Positions 32,668 to 40,922 of a DNA stretch of 64,000 nt are shown here, piece after piece. Every line of letters starts with the position of its first letter. Within the stretch, counting starts at the first letter, position 1. A program made the position numbers and the translations under genes. Source of the DNA: Eggerthellaceae bacterium (GTDB taxonomy: Bacteria; Actinomycetota; Coriobacteriia; Coriobacteriales; Eggerthellaceae); assembly GCA_009782605.1 (NCBI GenBank), contig WRIR01000012.1, forward strand, positions 183-64,182, in the 5' to 3' direction. The notes beneath the pieces are model-generated. The model made no database searches. It saw only the letters and a list, made by a program, of their open reading frames with translations, and was not told where the DNA came from.

Positions 32668-34896
32668 TCAGGGATCGGGGGAGTCCGGGTCAGGGTCCTG
32701 CTCGGGGTCGGGCTTGGTATCGGGCTTGGCGTCAGGCTTGGGTGTCGGCTCCGCCTTGCTGGGGTCCTTGCCCTTGGAGACGATGATAATGACCGTGTCG
32801 TCGGACACCTTCTGGCTGATGACCTTTCCCGCAGGAACGGTGTTCGAGTATTCTTCGACCATCTCGTACTCGAAGCCCTCCAGTGCGGCGATTGCCTCTT
32901 CAAGCGTCATGCCGTCCACCTTCGGCGCATTATCGGTACCCGTGTCAAAGAGGCCCTTCTGTTTCTCGTTGAAGGGGTTGTTGTAGGGCGGGTCCACCGC
33001 TGTGTCGAAGTTGACTATCTCGCGGTCCTCCAAGGCCATGGTCATGAAGTTGTGCCACACGCCCGAGGCGGTGAGCGACTCGGGCATGGTTCGCTCTACC
33101 TGGGGGGCGCCTATCCAGACGGCGCAGGAGAGCTGGGGTGTATAGCCGCACAGCCAGCTGTCGCGCCAGTCTTCCGACGTGCCGGTCTTGCCGGCACAGG
33201 GCTGCCCGCTCCAAAGGCCCGAGCCCGATGCGGTGCCCTCGGTGAAGACGGTCTGCAAGACCCGCGTGGCCGCGTAGGAGACCTCGGGGGTGAGTATCTG
33301 CTCGGGGGCGTCCTCATGATGGTAGATGATGTCGTCGTTGTGGTCGATGACGGTGGTGATGGCGACGGCGTTGCGTTTGATCCCGCCCGTTGCGAGTGTC
33401 GCGTAGGCGTTCGCCATCTCAAGCGTGTTGACCCCGTAGGCGCCGAGCGTGATAGCGTCGCCCACGCCCAGCACGGCTTCATCCGCTGAAAGGTTGACGG
33501 TTCCGGTGTCCACGGACACGATGCCCATGCGGCGGGCGGTCTGGTAGACCTCCACGGAATCAACCTCCTGCACCAGGCGGGCATAGCCGGTGTTCGAGGA
33601 TATGGCGGTCGCTCCCTGGATGGTCCGAATGCCGTAGCTCCCCCCACCGTAGTTCTCGACCCGCCAGCCGTTGATGTCCACCGGAGAGCTGCAGTCGATC
33701 TTTGTTGACGGGCTGATGCCTTGTTCGATGGCGGTGACGAGGGTGAAGACCTTGAAGGAAGAGCCAGCGTGCCGCGCTGCCTGAGTGGCCAGGTTGAACT
33801 GGCCGTCAGCCTCGTCATAGAAGTTCCGGCCACCCACCATGGCGAGGATATAGCCGGTCGAGGGGTCGACAGCAGTGAGCGAGACGTCGAGGTCGTCGTC
33901 CATGAGGGCGTACTGTTCGGCGGTTGCCTGTTCGGCCTTGTATTGAAGGGTGGGGTCAATGGTCGTGTAGATGGTCAGGCCGCCCCTGAAGACCTCGGCC
34001 ATCGTGAATTGTTCGATAAGCTGTTCGCGCACATAGCTGGTGAAATGAGGGAAGGCATAGATGCCGTTGGGTGCCTCTGCCGGCGCGGGGTTGAGGGCCA
34101 GCGGCTCGGCGACAGCAGCGTCGTGCTCTTCCTGGGTGATTATCTTGTTTGCGAGCATGCGGCTCAAGACGTGGTTCCGGCGATCGAAGCAGGCATCGGG
34201 GTTCGTCTTGGGGTTAAGGTAGTTGGGCGACTGCGGGATGCCTACCAGGGTCGCCGCTTCGACCAGGCTCAGGTCCAAGGCGGACTTCTGGAAGTAGTTG
34301 CGTGCGGCAGCCTCTATGCCGTAACAGCCGTCGCCGTAGTTGATGGTATTGAGATATATCATCAGTATCTCGTCTTTTTCATGGATCTTCTCAAGGTTGA
34401 TGGCAAGCTGGGCTTCCCGTATCTTTCGCTTGAGGGATATCTCGTTCGCCTCGTTTGACAGCAGCGTCGCACGGACGAACTGCTGGGTGATGGTGGAGGC
34501 GCCTTCAAGCTCGCCGCCCTGCAGGTTCACGTACAGGGCGCGGGCGATGCCCTGGGGGTCGACGCCGTTGTGCTCGTAGAAGCGCTCGTCCTCGGTGGCG
34601 ACCGTGCCCCTCAAGACGTAGTTGCTCACCTGTTCTATCGAGACGGGCTCGCGGTTTTCGAGGAAGAACTCTGCCAACAGGGTGGTCTTGTCATTTGCGT
34701 ACACATAGGTCTTGCGGGCATAGTTGAACGCATCCGAGTTCTCGACGCTCGGCAAATCCTCAAGCCATGAGTTGATGATGCCGAAGACTCCCTGTACCGC
34801 GCCATACGCGATAACGACAGCCGCGAGGACTGCGACAAACAGGCTCCAACTGAAGCCATGGGTTCTCTTCTGGCGTATTTTCCGGCGACGCTTCAT
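32668..34896 (-). CDS. class A penicillin-binding protein (second copy) with PASTA-like C-terminal domain and P/D/K-rich tail
   Basis: TM segment, then GT51 motifs ATEDERFYEHNGVD, GASTITQQ and RKIREA. Transpeptidase motifs HAGSSFK, SSN and KTGTS. The C-terminus reads TLEEAIAALEG.EYEMVEEYS.TVPAGKVISQ...IIIVSKG and then KPDAKPDTKPDPEQDPDPD. Confidence 0.9.
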   Translation of the reverse strand: MKRRRKIRQKRTHGFSWSLFVAVLAAVVIAYGAVQGVFGIINSWLEDLPSVENSDAFNYARKTYVYANDKTTLLAEFFLENREPVSIEQVSNYVLRGTVATEDERFYEHNGVDPQGIARALYVNLQGGELEGASTITQQFVRATLLSNEANEISLKRKIREAQLAINLEKIHEKDEILMIYLNTINYGDGCYGIEAAARNYFQKSALDLSLVEAATLVGIPQSPNYLNPKTNPDACFDRRNHVLSRMLANKIITQEEHDAAVAEPLALNPAPAEAPNGIYAFPHFTSYVREQLIEQFTMAEVFRGGLTIYTTIDPTLQYKAEQATAEQYALMDDDLDVSLTAVDPSTGYILAMVGGRNFYDEADGQFNLATQAARHAGSSFKVFTLVTAIEQGISPSTKIDCSSPVDINGWRVENYGGGSYGIRTIQGATAISSNTGYARLVQEVDSVEVYQTARRMGIVSVDTGTVNLSADEAVLGVGDAITLGAYGVNTLEMANAYATLATGGIKRNAVAITTVIDHNDDIIYHHEDAPEQILTPEVSYAATRVLQTVFTEGTASGSGLWSGQPCAGKTGTSEDWRDSWLCGYTPQLSCAVWIGAPQVERTMPESLTASGVWHNFMTMALEDREIVNFDTAVDPPYNNPFNEKQKGLFDTGTDNAPKVDGMTLEEAIAALEGFEYEMVEEYSNTVPAGKVISQKVSDDTVIIIVSKGKDPSKAEPTPKPDAKPDTKPDPEQDPDPDSPDP

Positions 34897-35089
34897 ATAA
34901 CTCCTTCAAACTGTACTCAGAACCACTATATACTAAATCACCCCTCAGAGGAACTGCCCCCGCCGCTTTCCGTCCGCTTTCCTCGCTTTCCGCATTGCGC
35001 GCATACTGTTTTTCGGGGGTTTTTGGGTGTTCTGCTCTTTTCGCGGGGTGGCATGACTTGGGGCCTTGATTGCCCTATAGTGTCTTGCC

Positions 35090-37609
35090 ATGAAGAACAA
35101 GCCAACAGAACTCCTTGCGCCCGCAGGCAACGCCCCCTGCCTCCGGGCCGCCGTGAGTGCCGGTGCCGATGCGGTCTACCTGGGCCTGGAGTCCTTCAAT
35201 GCGCGGCGGGGCGCCGACAACTTCACGCTCGACACGCTTGAAGACGCCTGCGACTACGCCCATGTGCGGGACGTGCTGGTCTACCTGACCTTGAACACGC
35301 TCATCCTCCCGGCGGAGGTCGGGGCGGCGACCGAGATGGCGCGGCAGGCCTACCGCCGGGGCGTCGACGGCTTTATTGTGCAGGACGTCGGCATCGCAAG
35401 CGAGCTGCTGCGCGTTATCCCCGAGGCCCGCATCCATGCCTCGACCCAGATGAACACGCACACGGTCGCGGGTGTCGAGGCCCTTCACGGGCTCGGGTTC
35501 AAGCGGGTCACTCTGGCACGCGAGCTCGGCCTGCCGGAGGTCGCCGGGCTTTCCCGGGCCGCTGCCGCTTACGGTATGGAGGCCGAGGCCTTCGTCCACG
35601 GTGCCTTGTGCGTCTGCTATTCAGGGCAGTGTCTCCTGTCCTCGATGGTCGGCGGGCGCTCGGCGAACCGGGGGCTGTGCGCGCAGGCCTGCCGCCTTCC
35701 CTACAGCCTCCACAATGTCGCCCTGCGCAAGACCCTGGCATCGGAAGGGGAGCATCTTTTGTCGCCGAAGGACCTGTGCGCCATCGACCTCGTCCCCGAC
35801 CTCGTTTTGGCGGGGGTCGCATCGTTCAAGGTCGAGGGGCGCATGAAGTCGCCCGAGTACGTGTCTGCCGTGACGTCGGTCTATCGCGCGGCCCTCGACG
35901 CCGCCCTGGCAGAAGGGCCCGAGGGCCCCGGAGGGGGCGAAGGGACGCATACAGCGCCGACAGCGGCACCGGCACCGGCGGAGGAGGGCCGTGCGCTGCT
36001 CGCAGAGGTCTTCTCCCGCGGCTTCACGACGGCCTACCTTGAGGGGAGGCGGGACAACGCCATCATGAGCTACGGCCGCCCCAACAACCGGGGCGTGTTC
36101 ATAGGCCGGGTCACAGCCACCGAGGGGAGGCAGGCGGCCATCGCCACAGAGGCGGCGCTCCATGTGGGGGACGTCCTTGAGTTTTGGACGCGGAAGGGGC
36201 ATTTTGCCCATACCGTCAGCGACGCCGACTGCCCGGCGCACCAGGAGCACCAGGAACAGGGTTCGAGGTCATATTCCCTGTCCCTCTCGGAGCCCGTCTC
36301 GAAGGGGGACCGGGTGTTCCGCGTCCGCAACGTGCAGATGGCCTTTTCCGACGACCCCTTTGCGCCCCGGGTCCCGGTCTGCGGCGAGGTGTCCCTTATC
36401 GAGGGGGAACCCCTGCGCCTGGCCCTCAGGGCGGTGCGCGGCAGGACTGCCGAGCCGGGCGAGGTCGTGGTTGAGGTCGAGAGTGCCCCTGTCGAGGCGG
36501 CACGCACGAAGCCCGTCGAGGCGGCAGAGGTCGAAGAGCACGTCGGGAGGTTCGGCAACACGCCCTTCATACTCTCGCAGCTGCAGGTTACCTTGGGAAA
36601 GGGGGTCGGCATCGGCTTCTCGCAGCTCCATAAGGCTCGCGCTCAGGCAGCAGACGAGTTGCACGAGGCCCTGCTCGCCCCTTACCGCACCCGCAGGCTC
36701 CACCGCGCTGAGTCCCAGGAGATGCTGCTGCCCGTCGGGCACAGGGGGTGTGTGGTCGTGGCATGGGCGACAAACCCCGCCTGTGCGCGGGCGGCGAAGC
36801 GTGCCGGAGCCGAGCAGGTCTACATTCCCGCCCTGAACTACCGGAGGGGGCAGGCCGCCGTCGCCGGGCAGGTCTCTTCGACCGTCGAGTCGGCGGGCTA
36901 TCCGAAACAGGGCATCATCGCCTTGCCGGCAGTTGCCCACGACCCGGCCCCCGGGACGCGCGAGCTCGGGCAGGGCTTCGACCTGCGCTCCTTCATGAAG
37001 GCGGACAAGCCGCTTTTTGTCGAGAACCTCGGGCAGCTTCACGAGGCGGTGCGCGAAGGCTCGCTTGCCGAGGTCGGCCCGCACCTGCCGGTGACAAACC
37101 CCTTGGCGCTCCAGGTGGTGGCGCGGATGGGCGCGTGCCGGGTGTGGCTCCCGCCGGAGCTTACCCTCGACCAGATAGCGGACATGGGCGCACTTTCGCC
37201 GCTGCCGCTCGGGCTGACGCTCATAGGCAGCCAGGAGCTGATGGTGACGGAGCACTGTCTCCTTATGAGCCAAGGCCCCTGCGACGAGGACTGCGTGTCC
37301 TGCCAGCGGCGGAAAAGCCCTCATTACCTCAAGGACCGGAAAGGCTACGAGCTCCCCGTGATGACCGACTGCCTGGGAAGGAGCCGCCTGTACAACGCGG
37401 TCGCCTTCGATGCGGCACATGCGGCGCCCGAGCTTATCCGTGCCGGCATCTCGGCCTTCATGGTCGACACGACGCTCATGACCGTCGATGAGACGACGAA
37501 GGCTGTCCGGCGTGCCGTCCGTGCGCGGGATATCGCGCTCAAGAGCGCCGACGCGGTCTCAAAGGCACCGGACAAGACGACCGGCCACCTGTTCCGAGGC
37601 GTCTCCTGA
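35090..37609 (+). CDS. peptidase U32 family protein (long form)
   Basis: ELLAPAGN start, GADAVYLG and the U32 signature EAFVHGALCVCYSGQCLLSS, with a long C-terminal extension. Confidence 0.85.
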   Translation: MKNKPTELLAPAGNAPCLRAAVSAGADAVYLGLESFNARRGADNFTLDTLEDACDYAHVRDVLVYLTLNTLILPAEVGAATEMARQAYRRGVDGFIVQDVGIASELLRVIPEARIHASTQMNTHTVAGVEALHGLGFKRVTLARELGLPEVAGLSRAAAAYGMEAEAFVHGALCVCYSGQCLLSSMVGGRSANRGLCAQACRLPYSLHNVALRKTLASEGEHLLSPKDLCAIDLVPDLVLAGVASFKVEGRMKSPEYVSAVTSVYRAALDAALAEGPEGPGGGEGTHTAPTAAPAPAEEGRALLAEVFSRGFTTAYLEGRRDNAIMSYGRPNNRGVFIGRVTATEGRQAAIATEAALHVGDVLEFWTRKGHFAHTVSDADCPAHQEHQEQGSRSYSLSLSEPVSKGDRVFRVRNVQMAFSDDPFAPRVPVCGEVSLIEGEPLRLALRAVRGRTAEPGEVVVEVESAPVEAARTKPVEAAEVEEHVGRFGNTPFILSQLQVTLGKGVGIGFSQLHKARAQAADELHEALLAPYRTRRLHRAESQEMLLPVGHRGCVVVAWATNPACARAAKRAGAEQVYIPALNYRRGQAAVAGQVSSTVESAGYPKQGIIALPAVAHDPAPGTRELGQGFDLRSFMKADKPLFVENLGQLHEAVREGSLAEVGPHLPVTNPLALQVVARMGACRVWLPPELTLDQIADMGALSPLPLGLTLIGSQELMVTEHCLLMSQGPCDEDCVSCQRRKSPHYLKDRKGYELPVMTDCLGRSRLYNAVAFDAAHAAPELIRAGISAFMVDTTLMTVDETTKAVRRAVRARDIALKSADAVSKAPDKTTGHLFRGVS

Positions 37610-37620
37610 GGCTGTGCCGC

Positions 37621-38865
37621 CTACCCTTTCGAGCTGCCCTCGATGATTCGGACGATGCTTTGGGCCAGGCTCCGCGCATTCCCTCCGTCGTTGAACGAGA
37701 CATACTTGGCGAGGAAGGCCTGTTGCTCTTGAGGGGAATGCCGTTCGTGGACAAGGGCTGCGACGAGGCTGCGGGCATCCCGGTGGATCCCCCCCGGCAT
37801 CTCGTGCGCGTAGTCGATGATAAGCCCACGCTCATGCTCGTACCTGTCGAGGTCGAATGCGAAGAAGTAGGTCGGCAGCCCCAAAAGCATGGACTCGAAG
37901 ATAAGCGAGGAGTAATCCGACACACAGGCCCAGGCGACCATGCCTATCTCGGTTGTTGAGAACCTCTTGTCGAACAGGACGCAGCTGCCCTGGCTGGCAG
38001 GCCCTTCCGTGGGGCTTTCGTAGGAATCCCCCGACTGATTCTTCCAGTTCTTCCGCTGCCTGGGATGGGGCTTGATAACCAGGGCATACTCGCCATGCTC
38101 CCGGTTTGCCTCGTTGACGGCCTCGACAAGCTCCCGGATCCTCCCGGGAAGCTCGTCGTTGTTCTTTCTCAATGTCGGGACATAGAGGATGACCTTCTTG
38201 TCCCGCAAGAAGGGGTAGGCTGCATAGACCGCCGAACGTGCCGCGCTTTTCGCTTCCTCGTCTTGGAGGAGGTCGACGCGGGGAAGGGCGCCGATAAGCG
38301 CCTCTTCGAGAGGGAGGGGGTGGGCCTTGCGGCCTTCGGAAGGGCTTTCTGTGTAGCCGAAGCACCGCAGCCGGGCATCCTTGGCGGCTTCCGAGCTTAC
38401 CAGGATATGGGTATACCCCTTGTGCATGGAAAGCACCCGGGCATTCTCCTTGCTCCAGCCTTCCTCGGTCCCGACCGCCGCATAGCCGATTTTCTTCATG
38501 AGCCCGAGGGCATGCCATATCTGTACGACCTTAAGGCCGCGCTTGTGGCTCAAGATGCTGATGGGGATGCAATAGGAGTCGAGTATGACGAGCCTTGACG
38601 TCGCAATATGGAACATCTGCACAAGCATGGCGGGAGCGTAGCGCAAAAGGCTGCCGAGGCCGCTGGAGAACCTCCGGCATTTTGTTGCGAACGCATAATC
38701 CGGCAACAGGGCTTCCAGCTCCGCCTGGAGCAAGGCAAAGTCCACAGAGGGGCCGTCTCCCAGTTTGCTTATGAATGTTATTTTCTTGCGCGTCGGAACC
38801 AGCTTCAAGAAGAAGTAGAGAAAACGCAAACAGGAGCATGCCGCCCTTATCCCTAAGGTAGACAT
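37621..38865 (-). CDS. CDP-glycerol glycerophosphotransferase family (TagB/TagF-like) protein
   Basis: Motifs: KKITFISK.G, VVQIWHALGLMKK.GY, ILYVPT.R, VIKPHP and VSDYSSLIFE..LLG.P..FFAFDLD.Y...RG. The start is uncertain; the ORF extends to 38952. Confidence 0.7.
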   Translation of the reverse strand: MSTLGIRAACSCLRFLYFFLKLVPTRKKITFISKLGDGPSVDFALLQAELEALLPDYAFATKCRRFSSGLGSLLRYAPAMLVQMFHIATSRLVILDSYCIPISILSHKRGLKVVQIWHALGLMKKIGYAAVGTEEGWSKENARVLSMHKGYTHILVSSEAAKDARLRCFGYTESPSEGRKAHPLPLEEALIGALPRVDLLQDEEAKSAARSAVYAAYPFLRDKKVILYVPTLRKNNDELPGRIRELVEAVNEANREHGEYALVIKPHPRQRKNWKNQSGDSYESPTEGPASQGSCVLFDKRFSTTEIGMVAWACVSDYSSLIFESMLLGLPTYFFAFDLDRYEHERGLIIDYAHEMPGGIHRDARSLVAALVHERHSPQEQQAFLAKYVSFNDGGNARSLAQSIVRIIEGSSKG

Positions 38866-39151
38866 GTCTCCAGCCCAGATCGAGCCCTTGCGCCGTTTCC
38901 AACAGTCGGTCTCATGAGCAAAGAATAGCACAAGGCACCCCGCGCCTCCCACCTCAAGGGAAAAATGGTTTTCAAGTGACTAACATTTTGGAAGGGGCGT
39001 GTTGTTGTACGATTTCCACAGGTGTAAAAACGGATAGGCGGGTCGGATGACCCAAGGGAAAATACCCCGGATTTGCCGATGAAGGACATATTGAAGACAG
39101 GCCGCACTTGAGGCTCCTCGCACAGGTCTCAGGTGTTTTGTCGGAGCAGGG

Positions 39152-40216
39152 ATGAGCCCAAACATGCAAATAAGCGGCATCGAGAAGGCTATAGGCAGGA
39201 AAATCAGGCTCACCGCCGTCTATTGTCGGCGCATCCTCCTTGCAAAGAACCATCAAAAGTGCCCGTGGTACAAGAAGCTGAAGGCAAACCTGTCCGGGGG
39301 CTTTCTGGCCGACCAGTGGATCCTGTACGACTTGGACCACAACGACAGGAGGGAATACCTGTCCGAATACGACTGGTACCGCTCCCGCTACATAAACGAG
39401 CCCTTCAGCTTTTTGCTGAACAACAAGATAATCGCCTCGGAAATGCTGAAGCAGCATATCCGGGTCCCGGAGAACTACGTGATAAAGAACGGGGACTTCC
39501 TCGTGGACCTCAAAGGCGGGATGCTTGGGTATAATGAGGCGATCGAAGTGCTTAAGGCCAAAGGGCAGGTTTTCATAAAGCCGTTCGACAAAGGAAAGGG
39601 CACCGACATCAACCTCCTTTCGTATCGCGAGGGGCAGTTCTATGTCGATGCGAGGCCCTGCTCCGACAAGTCCCTGGCAGCCCTTTTGAAAAGCAGGAAG
39701 AACTGGTATATGAGCGAATCCGTGGAACAGAGCGACTATGCCTCAAACCTGTTCGAGAAGACGGCAAACACCATCAGGATCATCACCTTGAGGTCCCCAG
39801 AGACGAAGGAGCTCGTCATTTTCTTCGCAGTCCAAAGGATCGGGACAGAGAAGACCATACCGGTTGACAACGGCAGCCAAGGCGGGCTGATCTCGAAGAT
39901 CGACATCGGGACGGGCGTGCTTTCCGAAGCCCGCTCCCTGCATGGCCTTGCCGCCTACCCGAAGCACCCCGACTCCCACAGTCAGATCGAGGGAGTGGTC
40001 GTTCCCTTTTGGGAGGAGACGAAAAGACAGGTCCTCAGCCTGGCGAACAAGCTCCCCTATATGCATTTTGTCGCCTGGGATATCCTGATGACGCAGAAAG
40101 GGATATGCGTTATCGAGGCGAACACCTCTTCGGGGGTGAACATCATCCAGCTTTGGGGAGGGCAAAGAAACCGGGAGCTCGGTAATTTTTACCGCTTCCA
40201 TAACATTATCAACTAA
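39152..40216 (+). CDS. stand-alone sugar-transfer-associated ATP-grasp (RimK-related amide ligase-like) protein
   Basis: Motifs: FIKP..G..G, NTIRIITL, VDNGSQGGLISKIDIGTG and HFVAWDIL......CVIEANTSSG. These are shared with the other three ATP-grasp modules of the island. Confidence 0.7.
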   Translation: MSPNMQISGIEKAIGRKIRLTAVYCRRILLAKNHQKCPWYKKLKANLSGGFLADQWILYDLDHNDRREYLSEYDWYRSRYINEPFSFLLNNKIIASEMLKQHIRVPENYVIKNGDFLVDLKGGMLGYNEAIEVLKAKGQVFIKPFDKGKGTDINLLSYREGQFYVDARPCSDKSLAALLKSRKNWYMSESVEQSDYASNLFEKTANTIRIITLRSPETKELVIFFAVQRIGTEKTIPVDNGSQGGLISKIDIGTGVLSEARSLHGLAAYPKHPDSHSQIEGVVVPFWEETKRQVLSLANKLPYMHFVAWDILMTQKGICVIEANTSSGVNIIQLWGGQRNRELGNFYRFHNIIN

Positions 40217-40271
40217 CAATAGAGGTCGGCTTTAAAAGCGCATGTCGGATGATACGGATACATGAGGTGAT

Positions 40272-40910
40272 ATGAAGTACATTATTATGGCAGATGGGAA
40301 GAGCGACAGGTGGGACAACTACCTGTCTGTCCCCAAGCATTTCATAGAGATCGACGGGGAGCCCATCATCGAGCGCACGATACGCCTTCTGCACGCCTAT
40401 GACCAGAAAAGCGAGGTCATCGTCACCTCGCACAACAAGGACTATGAGCTTGCGGGCTCCACACGCTACGAGCCCCTTGACAATACCCTGGAAGTGGACA
40501 GGTTCACCCGAGAGCTCATAGTCGACGATACCTGCTTCCTCTACGGCGACACCTACTACACCGAAGACGCGATTCGCCGCATCATACAGACCGAGGCCGA
40601 GGACATCCTCTTTTTTGGGAACAGGGATTCGATCGTGGCTATCAAGATAAAGGACGGCGCCCTTTTCGAGGAGCACGTAGACCGGGTACGGGGCCTTTTC
40701 CTGATCGGGGCGATAGAGCACTGCATCGGATGGCAGGTGTACCAGTCGTTCCAGGGCCTGCCCTTCAACGGGAAGGGAATCGCCGACAAGTACATCCTCT
40801 TCAACGACAAGACCATGGATTTCAACGACCCGGAAGACTATTTGCGAAAAATCGGCAACTTCCCCTTGACAAACCCCGCGTTCCGCAGCATTTATGACCA
40901 GTCGACCTAG
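40272..40910 (+). CDS. NTP-transferase-like (MobA/LicC-type nucleotidyltransferase fold) protein
   Basis: N-terminus KYIIMADGKSDRW....PKHFIEIDGEPIIERTIRLL and DDTCFLYGDTYY. It is paralogous over its full length to residues 1-200 of the next ORF. Confidence 0.55.
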   Translation: MKYIIMADGKSDRWDNYLSVPKHFIEIDGEPIIERTIRLLHAYDQKSEVIVTSHNKDYELAGSTRYEPLDNTLEVDRFTRELIVDDTCFLYGDTYYTEDAIRRIIQTEAEDILFFGNRDSIVAIKIKDGALFEEHVDRVRGLFLIGAIEHCIGWQVYQSFQGLPFNGKGIADKYILFNDKTMDFNDPEDYLRKIGNFPLTNPAFRSIYDQST

Positions 40911-40922
40911 ACGGGGCCGTGC

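Noticed and set aside
32641-33489. 282-aa + strand ORF opposite the second PBP, and other ORFs in 32256-34579
   Set aside because: The PBP motifs are on the minus strand, so these are shadow frames.
38953-39151. Integrase, transposase, tRNA or att-type direct repeats at the island borders (also 50014-50293 and 55334-55557)
   Set aside because: No such coding sequence and no tRNA-like sequence are visible. I found no matching border repeats by eye, so a proper repeat search is needed.
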